From NCBI GenBank assembly GCA_036679665.1, contig JAZHEJ010000041.1, positions 1,860 to 65,859 on the forward strand: DNA of 64,000 nucleotides, given 5' to 3'. How positions within the stretch are numbered: position 1 is the first letter of the stretch; the number at the start of each line of letters is the position of its first letter. Under the pieces are notes generated by a model. That model was not told the DNA's origin. It made no database searches and saw nothing but the letters and a program-made list of their open reading frames with translations. The position numbers and the translations under genes were made by a program. Below, one piece after another: positions 52,347 to 60,634 of the stretch. The stretch is from Candidatus Tethybacter castellensis (lineage in GTDB: Bacteria > Pseudomonadota > Gammaproteobacteria > Tethybacterales > Tethybacteraceae).

Positions 52347-55118
52347 ATGGACTTTACGTATATTGCTTGGGGTTCGGGTGAGATTGCGGTGCGCGCTTTC
52401 AGCGCATTGGCGGTCATTTCCGCTTCGAATGAATTAATGGGCGCGCTTTCAGCGGCCGCCATTCTTAGCGTTTTGCTTCTGGCAACCGGATCGGCGTTCA
52501 ATCTGTCGATCGCAAGTTTCATCGCTCCGTTGAAATTGTTGTTGGTGATCGTTCTGACCGGAGGTATTTTGCTTGCCCCGACCAGGGTCATAGTAGAAGA
52601 TAGATTCGACGGACAGGATTTGTTGTGGCCCGCGGACGCCCGTATCAACGGGGTGGTGGTTGTGCAAGCGGTGCCTTTCGGCGTGGCGTTGCCGGCGGCG
52701 CTGGGCTCAACCTTGGCAGTAACATTGACACGAGTCATAGAAACTGCGATGCAGTCGGTATCCGCTGAAGATCGGCTAAGTTCAGCCGGGTTGTGGCTTA
52801 GCGCGCGCGCGTTGCGTGCGATGGCCGATCCAGGTGTGATGCAAGATGCGACGCTGGTTTCGGATTTTCGTTTTTTCTTGGAAAATTGCACTTACTACGA
52901 TTTGCTCGCGCAACGGATCACGTTGAGCAATTTATTGCATTCGGCCCCGCTTAATGAACTGGCGCAAACTTCCGGCAGCATCACTTCGGTACATTCTGGC
53001 AACGGTAGCGGGCCGATCGTGGCACTTAGTTGTTCTGAAGCATGGTCCGGAGCGGTTATCGACACCGTGCCGGTTACCGGACTCAAAGACCGGATAGATA
53101 CTGAAGCTACACAGCGCAAATTTAAAGCGTGTCAATCGTTGCGCGGGATTGCGCTGGCAACCAGTAACGGTAGCGGGACGCTAGGGGCAAGTTGCGGAGA
53201 CAATGTTTTCGCACATGCGATGCGAGTCTTCGGCTATAACGGATCGGTCGCTGAACAATTTCGTGAGTTGGTGGCGATTGAATTGTTGCGCGAAGGATCA
53301 CATTTACTCGCCACGCAAGATCCGCAGACGATAGCGTTTGCCAGATTCATTGCTGAACGCTCGCGCAACGCAGCGTTTGTTGTCGCCGGGGAGTTGGCTG
53401 CGGTCATGTTGCCGGCGTTGCGCGGTTTGCTTGAAGCCATCATTTTGGTACTGATGCCGGTGTTGTTGATATTGGGCATATTGTTTTTTGAACAATTTGC
53501 GCGTTATTTAAAAACCGGCTTTGCGTTAATATTGTGGTTGCAGCTGTGGCCACCGATCATGGCGGTGGTAAATAATGTCGGTCAATGGGTGCAGACCGCC
53601 GCAATTCGTTCGCACACGATTATCGCGCAAGGAAATTTCACGGTGGCCGGAATTGAAAACCTGCTGTCAGAAATAGACACCCAGCTTGCGTTGGCGCGCT
53701 ATTTGTTGGTTCTGGTTCCGGTGTTGGCATGGGCGATGGTGCGCGCCGGAGAATTCAGCGGCACGCTACTTGCGGGACGATTGCTGCAATCCGGTGAACA
53801 AGCGGCAGCCAGCGTAAGCACTCATGCGGCTCAAAACAACTGGAGCACCGATCAGGTTAATCTAGCTCCGCGCACCACGCTAGGCCCGCATGTTGCGTCG
53901 GTCGGCGATCCATGGGGCGCGGTCACCACGCAGTACCAGCAGCTTAGCACGGTCGATTTGCCGGCGAACAATCCAAGCTTTGTTGCCGCAACCCAAAGCC
54001 GCACGTTAACCACCGCGTTGGAGCAGCGCGCCGAGCAAGCCAAAACCAGCGCGCAAGAGCAACGCACCAAGTTTGCGTCCAGTGTCGAAAGCTTATATTC
54101 TGAAGCGTTCGGCAAAGATGGCAAAGAAGCGCTCAACACTTTGCGCGAACAAAAGGTGGACGACAGCACTTCGCTGCGGGCGCTAGACAGCACCGGACAG
54201 TTGATACGCCAAGCGGTGTCGCGCAACCGCTCGGTTGAGCAGCACAGTTCCACTGAACATACTTGGCGGACCGGCGTGGAAGCGGGCATCGGTTCGGGTT
54301 TTTTGCCGTTGCCGGTTTCAGTTGACGGCAAAATATCTTCGTCGCAAGATCAAGATGTGGGACTAAGCGAGCAAATGCGGCGCAGTTATGACCAGCTGTC
54401 TGATGAAAGTAAAACCGCGCTAAGCGAAGTCGGCATCGTTTTGCAACGAAGCGATTCGGTGGCCGCCAAAACCAGCTATGAACAAGTCACCAGCAGTTCA
54501 TTTCAAGCCAAACTAAGCGAAGCGCAAAACCAGCTTGAGTCATACACCCAAACCGAACAGGTTGCTCAGCGCCTGTCAAACGCCAGCCACATCGCCAGCA
54601 GCAACAGTAAAGCGGTGGTGCAAGAATTACTAAAAGATCCGCAACAAGCGGCTTTGCTAGCGCAATTTCATCAGCTTTATCATGTGCAAGGCCTGCCGTT
54701 TGGACAAGCGTGGTCTCAGGCTCAACAGCAAAGCGGGGTTACGCTTGATGTCGAACAAGTAGCCGACAAATTGCTTGGCAACCAACAATTCCAACTAGAT
54801 AACTCAAGCCAAGATTCGTTTTCCGCACAGCAAGATTATCAAGAAAACCGCAAGCAGGTTGAAAGTGCGCCAATCGCGGATGTTCCTGCGACACCGGAAA
54901 TAAAACAAGCGGATCAACAACTGCAAAACGCCAAACAAACCCAACAGCAAAAATTGCCGGCCCCCGGCGAACAGTTTTATCAGGACAGTCGGGCCATCGA
55001 TCGGACTATTCGCGATAGCGATGATGAAGTTATGGTTATCCCCGACCGGTCGCTATGGCGCGAAGGTGACAAACGTCTGACCGAAGTGTTGACCAGTTCT
55101 GAAGATGACAAAAAATGA
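52347..55118 (+). CDS. traG: T4SS protein TraG (F-type; N-terminal polytopic membrane domain and large periplasmic C-terminal domain)
   Basis: It is 923 aa with multiple N-terminal TM helices, and it is the last gene of the traF-traH-traG block. Confidence 0.8.
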   Translation: MDFTYIAWGSGEIAVRAFSALAVISASNELMGALSAAAILSVLLLATGSAFNLSIASFIAPLKLLLVIVLTGGILLAPTRVIVEDRFDGQDLLWPADARINGVVVVQAVPFGVALPAALGSTLAVTLTRVIETAMQSVSAEDRLSSAGLWLSARALRAMADPGVMQDATLVSDFRFFLENCTYYDLLAQRITLSNLLHSAPLNELAQTSGSITSVHSGNGSGPIVALSCSEAWSGAVIDTVPVTGLKDRIDTEATQRKFKACQSLRGIALATSNGSGTLGASCGDNVFAHAMRVFGYNGSVAEQFRELVAIELLREGSHLLATQDPQTIAFARFIAERSRNAAFVVAGELAAVMLPALRGLLEAIILVLMPVLLILGILFFEQFARYLKTGFALILWLQLWPPIMAVVNNVGQWVQTAAIRSHTIIAQGNFTVAGIENLLSEIDTQLALARYLLVLVPVLAWAMVRAGEFSGTLLAGRLLQSGEQAAASVSTHAAQNNWSTDQVNLAPRTTLGPHVASVGDPWGAVTTQYQQLSTVDLPANNPSFVAATQSRTLTTALEQRAEQAKTSAQEQRTKFASSVESLYSEAFGKDGKEALNTLREQKVDDSTSLRALDSTGQLIRQAVSRNRSVEQHSSTEHTWRTGVEAGIGSGFLPLPVSVDGKISSSQDQDVGLSEQMRRSYDQLSDESKTALSEVGIVLQRSDSVAAKTSYEQVTSSSFQAKLSEAQNQLESYTQTEQVAQRLSNASHIASSNSKAVVQELLKDPQQAALLAQFHQLYHVQGLPFGQAWSQAQQQSGVTLDVEQVADKLLGNQQFQLDNSSQDSFSAQQDYQENRKQVESAPIADVPATPEIKQADQQLQNAKQTQQQKLPAPGEQFYQDSRAIDRTIRDSDDEVMVIPDRSLWREGDKRLTEVLTSSEDDKK

Positions 55119-55122
55119 CAAG
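54880..55122 (+). repeat. direct repeat copy 1 (243 bp, the 3' end of intact traG plus 4 nt)
   Basis: It is 100% identical by eye to 60262-60504. Confidence 0.9.
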
Positions 55123-55235
55123 GTTAGCGGGTTTCACGTACACAATTAAATGAATGTGATCGCACTGGCAACTAACTTAGTCGCGCGTAATAACTATTTA
55201 AAGCTGGTTCACCTTCAGTTTAATAGTTATGCAGT

Positions 55236-55263
55236 GCACCATGGTGCTGACTTCCTTTTTTTA
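55236..55263 (+). terminator. palindrome GCACCATGGTGC followed by a T7 run, a candidate intrinsic terminator after traG
   Basis: It was read directly in the sequence. It lies at the start of the AT-rich insert. Confidence 0.4.
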
Positions 55264-55324
55264 GGAAACAGCTAATATCCTATAATGAGTTTGCATACTT
55301 TTATTATTAATTAGGTTAGATTTT

Positions 55325-56890
55325 GTGTCTTTGATATCTATACGTAAAGCATCAGAATGGGCATCCGCTTATCTAAACAAGAATGTATCGCGTTCAAATA
55401 TTTCTTATCTTATTCAGTACGGTAAGATAAAAAAATATGGGGAGAACGGTTCGACGTTTGTTGAACTTGATGATTTAAAGCGGTACTATAAATCCCGGCA
55501 TCAAAGTAGGGAATTAAGCTGGAAAAAAAAACTTGGCAATGATTTGAATTGGGATCTTTCTTTTGATCAATTAAGAGAGAAAGACACCACAAAGCATGTG
55601 CATCGGCTTCACCCATACAAAGGGAAATTTATTCCTCAACTGGTGCAATATTTTATTGATACGCATACGGATGATTTTAAAACCGATGTGTATTTCAATA
55701 AAGGAGATATCGTCTTAGATCCGTTTTCCGGATCCGGCACGACATTGGTACAAGCATGTGAGCTAGGGTTGCATTCGATCGGAATTGATATTTCGCGTTT
55801 TAATTGTTTGATCAGTGACGTCAAAATCAACTCCTATCATTTTCCTTCTTTAAAAAAGGAAATTGACCGTATTAGACAAGCAATCACGAGCTATGAACAC
55901 GACAATAGCATAACCGCTTTTGAAAAAGAGCTCATGCAGGAAATGTACCTGTTTAATCAGAAGTATTTTCCAAATCCTGACTTTAAGTATCAAATTCAGC
56001 AAAAGCTAATAGACGAAAAAAAGTATACTGAACAAAAAGAGAAAGATTTTCTTAAAATTTACATCAGTTTAGTCAAAAAGTACAACGTTGAGTTATCTCA
56101 ATCCAAAACAGATAGTTTTCTAGATAAATGGTATTGTTATAACGTTAGAAAAGAAATAGATTTCGCCAAAAATCTAATTCAAGATGATAGTCACAAAAAG
56201 GTTCTAGAAGTAATATTGAGCCGTACGATTCGTTCATGCAGAGCGACAACACATTATGATCTTGCAACATTAAAAGAACCGCAACTGACGACTTATTATT
56301 GCTGGAAACATAAGAAAATCTGTAAGCCTATATATTCCATCAAATATTGGTATGACAGATACGCTAATGATACGCTGACGCGGCTTCAAGAGTTTGATCA
56401 ACTTAGAAAGTCCACACAACATTTAGTTTTGAATGGAGATTCACGTTTCGTTAATATAGAAACAGAAACCAAGAAACGCAACAAAGCGCTTTATGAATTA
56501 TTGGTTGCAAATAAAATCCGCGGAATATTCTCATCGCCGCCGTATGTGGGACAAATAGATTATCATGAACAGCATGCTTATGCTTACGATCTTTTCGGCT
56601 TTGAACGCAAAGATGAATTCGAAATAGGCCCGCTGAGTAATGGTCAAGGTTCAACAGCGCGTCAACTATATGTTGATGGTATTTCTGATATGTTGAATAA
56701 TTGCAAAAAGTATTTGCAAAATGATTATGATGTGTTTCTTGTAGCTAACGACAAGTTTAACTTGTATTCACACATCGCACAAAAATCAGGAATGCAAATT
56801 GTCAATCAATTTAAACGGCCCGTGTTAAATAGAACTGAGCGGGATCGCAACCCATATTCCGAAATTATTTTTCACTTTAAGACGCAATAA
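55325..56890 (+). CDS. DNA methyltransferase (N6-adenine or N4-cytosine)
   Basis: It has the SAM motif VLDPFSGSGTT near aa 130 and the catalytic SPPY motif near aa 405 (an alpha/gamma-type order). It starts at GTG. The region is about 30% GC. Confidence 0.8.
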   Translation: MSLISIRKASEWASAYLNKNVSRSNISYLIQYGKIKKYGENGSTFVELDDLKRYYKSRHQSRELSWKKKLGNDLNWDLSFDQLREKDTTKHVHRLHPYKGKFIPQLVQYFIDTHTDDFKTDVYFNKGDIVLDPFSGSGTTLVQACELGLHSIGIDISRFNCLISDVKINSYHFPSLKKEIDRIRQAITSYEHDNSITAFEKELMQEMYLFNQKYFPNPDFKYQIQQKLIDEKKYTEQKEKDFLKIYISLVKKYNVELSQSKTDSFLDKWYCYNVRKEIDFAKNLIQDDSHKKVLEVILSRTIRSCRATTHYDLATLKEPQLTTYYCWKHKKICKPIYSIKYWYDRYANDTLTRLQEFDQLRKSTQHLVLNGDSRFVNIETETKKRNKALYELLVANKIRGIFSSPPYVGQIDYHEQHAYAYDLFGFERKDEFEIGPLSNGQGSTARQLYVDGISDMLNNCKKYLQNDYDVFLVANDKFNLYSHIAQKSGMQIVNQFKRPVLNRTERDRNPYSEIIFHFKTQ

Positions 56891-56894
56891 CTTT

Positions 56895-57668
56895 ATGGCT
56901 TTAACAGAATTGTTAAAAAAAGATATTGAGGAAATTATCAGAGAAAAACTCAAAGATAAGCTGAAAAAGCTAACTACTGAGCCAGCTGATATGCCATTTC
57001 ATTTTCGATTACTCGGTAAAAAGCGAATGGCACTATACTCATTTATTCATTCGATTAACACGATTATCGGTACTTCTATGTACGAAAAAATCGCTGCTAA
57101 GATAGCTAAAGAAAATTATAAGTTCGTTGCGGAACAAGCAACATCAGGAAATCATATCAGCAAAAAAGCCAGGGAGGAGATTCAGGACATTTTAGAAAAA
57201 TTGAATAATAGCGAAACTGTATCAAACAAAATACAAGAAATTGAAAAATTACGTAAAGTTGCAAGCGAAGGAAAAAAAATAAAAGTAACACATACCAAAA
57301 TTGATTTAATGATTGAAACCGAAGATGGCGAACAATTTTTGATTGATATCAAAACAGCAAAACCGAATATTGGCGATTTTAAGCATTTGAAGCGAACTTT
57401 GCTTGAATGGGTTGCGACAAGGTTATTTGACAACAAAGAAGCAAAAATCAATACTCTAATTGCTATTCCATATAATCCATATGATCCAGAACCATATCAA
57501 CGATGGACAAAGAAAAATATGTTTGACCCGAAACATGATATCAAAGTAGCTGCCGAATTTTGGGACTTCATCGGGGGTGAAGGTACTTATGAAGATTTGA
57601 AAGATTGTTTTGAGCGTGTAGGTAACGAAATGGAAGATGAACTTAAAAAGTGTTTTGATCGTTTTTAA
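56895..57668 (+). CDS. putative type II restriction endonuclease, PD-(D/E)XK fold
   Basis: It lies 5 bp downstream of the MTase gene. It has a candidate catalytic motif IDLMIETEDGEQFLIDIKT. No other family similarity was recognised. Confidence 0.45.
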   Translation: MALTELLKKDIEEIIREKLKDKLKKLTTEPADMPFHFRLLGKKRMALYSFIHSINTIIGTSMYEKIAAKIAKENYKFVAEQATSGNHISKKAREEIQDILEKLNNSETVSNKIQEIEKLRKVASEGKKIKVTHTKIDLMIETEDGEQFLIDIKTAKPNIGDFKHLKRTLLEWVATRLFDNKEAKINTLIAIPYNPYDPEPYQRWTKKNMFDPKHDIKVAAEFWDFIGGEGTYEDLKDCFERVGNEMEDELKKCFDRF

Positions 57669-57859
57669 AAAGTTAACGATATTTAAATATAGTTTTTGCC
57701 TGAATATTGCTTGATTGTGTCCATAACATATGTTCGTTTTTTAAAGTTTTACGATAAATAACTAGTAAAGTAGAAACATAGATTCTTTTCACCCGGTCTC
57801 ATGGCAATGTTGCGGAAAGAATTCAAGACGATCCATATATTTCGAGCAAAGGATGACTG

Positions 57860-60112
57860 ATGAAAATACAAAAAATACAAAAAATACAAAAAATAACTGA
57901 CTTTGGGATATACAAGGACTTTTCTTTGGATCAGAAACTTCCCAATTTCGAAAAATTCAATCTCATTTACGGCTGGAATTACAGCGGTAAGACAACCCTT
58001 TCACGTATTTTTGATTTCTTGGGCAATCCCTCCGAGATAAATATTCAGCGAAAGGGCTATTTTGAAGTCCTAGACAGCAATAATCAACTCCTTGTTTCTT
58101 CAAACGCCAAATCTCCTCAAAACTGCAAAGTCTTCAACCGAGACTTTATCGATCGAAATTTCAGGCAAGTGCATAGCGCCCCAGCAGTCTTTATCGTTGG
58201 CGACGATGCAGTAAAGATTCGAGATCGAATTGAAACTCTTGAAACCCGAAAAAAAAAGTTAATAAAAGAAAATAAAATGTACAAAAGAGAGGAGTCAAAT
58301 TGGATTCGTCGTATTCGCATGTCAAAAACCAATGTAGCATATTTCATAAAAGAGCTGGTTTCTGAGCAAACTATTGATATACCTAGTTTGGATCAATTTT
58401 TTGAGCAAAATAAGGATTCTTTGGACGATCATATTCTTGAAAGCACAGCATTTAATAACTTTTATGCTATCGCAAACAGCAGCGATGAATTTGCAAAACA
58501 CAACTTCACAATTCCAAATATTGATATTTTTTTCATAATTGACAATGTCAGTAACTTGCTCGGACAGACGGCTTCGAACAACGCCATCGGAAGGCTGAAA
58601 AATGATGCCAAGCTTGAAGAATGGGTCAGAACCGGTCGCGAACTTCACTCGCCAGGAAATGAGTGTGCTTTTTGTGGAAACACAATACAGGACGAACGTT
58701 ACGAGCAGTTGAAAGGACATTTTTCAACAGCGTACGAAGCTCTTGTAAAAGCTGTAAAGGATGAGGCTTCTAATTTACAAATTCAAATTGAAGCTGACCT
58801 TCCAGAAAGTAGTCTGCTTATTCAGAACGTACGAAAAGACTACACTGAGGCTAAATCGGTAATTTTATCTTTCGTGAAAGATATCAATAATCTTTATCCG
58901 CTATTAATCAACGCACTAGAAGGTAAAGTGTCGAGTATTGAGACGGAACAAATATTGCCTGATACTGTTTCTAATGCCCTGAAAGATATCACTGCATATG
59001 TATATGCCGACCAGTATGCAAAAATTGACGAACTGTTGAATTTTCATAATGAGCAAATAGCCAACATTGATAAAACAAAGCAGGATGCCAAAAATAAGCT
59101 AAAAAATCACATAGCAGCCCTTTTTTATCGAGATAACAAAATTGCTGACGAAGAAAAAGAGTTTGCTGAGATCAAGAAGAAACTTAATAAAGCTATCGAC
59201 CTTCGAGCAAAAACAACTGAACAGATTCAAGCGAAAAAAGCTGAATTAAATGAGCATTCGATTGCGGTGGAAAAGCTCAATGAGCTGATTACGATGTTGT
59301 TAACAGGGAGCAATATTAGTGCAGTTCAGCTTAGTGAAACAGAATTCGAATTTCAACGTGGTTCGGAGCCAGCAGTTTATATGAGTGATGGTGAGCGGAC
59401 CGCTATTGCTTTCGCATACTTTCTTGTGACCATCGAAGATGGCAATAACAACCTGGGCGATACTTTGGTTTTCGTAGATGACCCGATTTCTAGTTTGGAT
59501 TCGAACCACATCTATGCGGTTTATGCGCTGATCATCAATAAATTGAAAGGGCAATGCTCGCAACTATTTGTTTCAACTCACAATTACGAGTTTCTAAACC
59601 TGCTCAAAGATGAATCTAACGAAAAAGATAAATTCAAATCTGGGTGTGCTGGTTATCTTGTGCAACGAAAACTTGATGACCAAGGTGTGTTATATGCAGA
59701 TTTGATTGAAATGCCAGAGGCTCTTCGCAAGTTTAAGTCTGAGTATCATTTTTTGTTTTCATTGCTTCATAATATTGTTTCATCAGAAAAGCCCACCATA
59801 CACGAGGAATATGCATCTCCAACTATTTTGAGGAAATTTTTGGAAACATATTTGGGATTCAGAAAGCCGACAGCTGGTAGATGGTCACGCAAGCTTGATC
59901 TGCTATTTGACAATGAGGTTGAACGAGTGGAAGTGACTAAGTTTGCTAACGATGCGTCTCACTCGCAGAGCCTAAAGCTAGCAGTCGAGCACGGTGCTTA
60001 TATATCGTCTGCTAAGACCATTGTGCAAAAGGTGTTGGATGCGTTAAAGAATAAAGACAAATCCCACTACGATGGGCTGCTCGAAAACACTATAGATCGA
60101 TCGAATGCCTGA
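57860..60112 (+). CDS. RloC/PrrC-like ABC ATPase (AAA_13 type) with a coiled-coil CXXC zinc hook and a candidate C-terminal anticodon-nuclease domain
   Basis: It has an N-terminal P-loop (GWNYSGKTT), a long coiled coil containing the motif ECAFCG, a late Walker B/D-loop (LVFVDDPISSLD), an H-loop (STHN) and a C-terminal R-x3-E...H region (LRKFLE...ASHSQ). Confidence 0.6.
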   Translation: MKIQKIQKIQKITDFGIYKDFSLDQKLPNFEKFNLIYGWNYSGKTTLSRIFDFLGNPSEINIQRKGYFEVLDSNNQLLVSSNAKSPQNCKVFNRDFIDRNFRQVHSAPAVFIVGDDAVKIRDRIETLETRKKKLIKENKMYKREESNWIRRIRMSKTNVAYFIKELVSEQTIDIPSLDQFFEQNKDSLDDHILESTAFNNFYAIANSSDEFAKHNFTIPNIDIFFIIDNVSNLLGQTASNNAIGRLKNDAKLEEWVRTGRELHSPGNECAFCGNTIQDERYEQLKGHFSTAYEALVKAVKDEASNLQIQIEADLPESSLLIQNVRKDYTEAKSVILSFVKDINNLYPLLINALEGKVSSIETEQILPDTVSNALKDITAYVYADQYAKIDELLNFHNEQIANIDKTKQDAKNKLKNHIAALFYRDNKIADEEKEFAEIKKKLNKAIDLRAKTTEQIQAKKAELNEHSIAVEKLNELITMLLTGSNISAVQLSETEFEFQRGSEPAVYMSDGERTAIAFAYFLVTIEDGNNNLGDTLVFVDDPISSLDSNHIYAVYALIINKLKGQCSQLFVSTHNYEFLNLLKDESNEKDKFKSGCAGYLVQRKLDDQGVLYADLIEMPEALRKFKSEYHFLFSLLHNIVSSEKPTIHEEYASPTILRKFLETYLGFRKPTAGRWSRKLDLLFDNEVERVEVTKFANDASHSQSLKLAVEHGAYISSAKTIVQKVLDALKNKDKSHYDGLLENTIDRSNA
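57863..57889 (+). repeat. 3 perfect tandem copies of the 9-bp unit AAAATACAA, with a partial 4th copy, at codons 2-10 of the RloC-like gene; it encodes KIQ x3
   Basis: It was read directly in the sequence. Confidence 0.9.
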
Positions 60113-60261
60113 TTTATCAACATTTAGCAAAACGGAGTTAACTTAGCTCCAAGTATCAATTATCGTTATATCTAAAGTTTGTTGAGTTGTTTGGTAATAA
60201 GCCAAATTTATTTACGATCACACAAAATGGTTAGTGAAATAGTTAAATACTCCAGTCGCAA

Positions 60262-60504
60262 ATGTTCCTGCGACACCGGAAATAAAACAAGCGGATCAAC
60301 AACTGCAAAACGCCAAACAAACCCAACAGCAAAAATTGCCGGCCCCCGGCGAACAGTTTTATCAGGACAGTCGGGCCATCGATCGGACTATTCGCGATAG
60401 CGATGATGAAGTTATGGTTATCCCCGACCGGTCGCTATGGCGCGAAGGTGACAAACGTCTGACCGAAGTGTTGACCAGTTCTGAAGATGACAAAAAATGA
60501 CAAG
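60262..60504 (+). pseudogene. direct repeat copy 2, a promoterless and start-less 3' fragment of traG (last 78 codons plus stop)
   Basis: It is identical to 54880-55122. The in-frame stop TAG at 60240-60242 and the absence of a start codon show it is non-coding. Confidence 0.85.
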
Positions 60505-60634
60505 CTTGTTGGCGGTGCATCAAAATATTTTGAGTTTGAATTGTCCCCACCTGCCATTGAGACTTAAAAAAAGGCTAAAACAACGAAAAGCGATGATTGT
60601 GTCGCAACGTTTTGGGTTTACTTGTCATTCGTTG

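Larger units (their letters stand above)
38564..55118 (+). mobile_element. MPF-F type conjugative type IV secretion gene cluster, probably part of an ICE or integrated conjugative plasmid
   Basis: The gene order traA-L-E-K-B-dsbC-V-C-W-U-trbC-N-x-F-H-G is co-directional and translationally coupled. GC content is higher than in the flanking DNA. No relaxase, coupling protein or integrase lies in the window. Confidence 0.8.
55123..60261. mobile_element. AT-rich cargo insertion of about 5.1 kb (R-M plus RloC-like module) bounded by the 243-bp traG direct repeats
   Basis: It shows a compositional break from about 57% to about 30% GC, flanking perfect direct repeats, and defence-type gene content. 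Confidence 0.6.

Noticed and set aside
57669-57859. Possible small gene or ncRNA in the AT-rich gap between the REase and the RloC-like gene
   Set aside because: There is no ORF of 60 aa or more and no convincing structure. It is more likely the promoter and leader of the RloC-like gene.
60179-60400. 73-aa plus-strand ORF overlapping the second 243-bp repeat
   Set aside because: It is in a different frame from the traG remnant and has no homology. The in-frame traG fragment itself has no start and is preceded by a TAG stop, so the region is better explained as a non-coding duplication scar.
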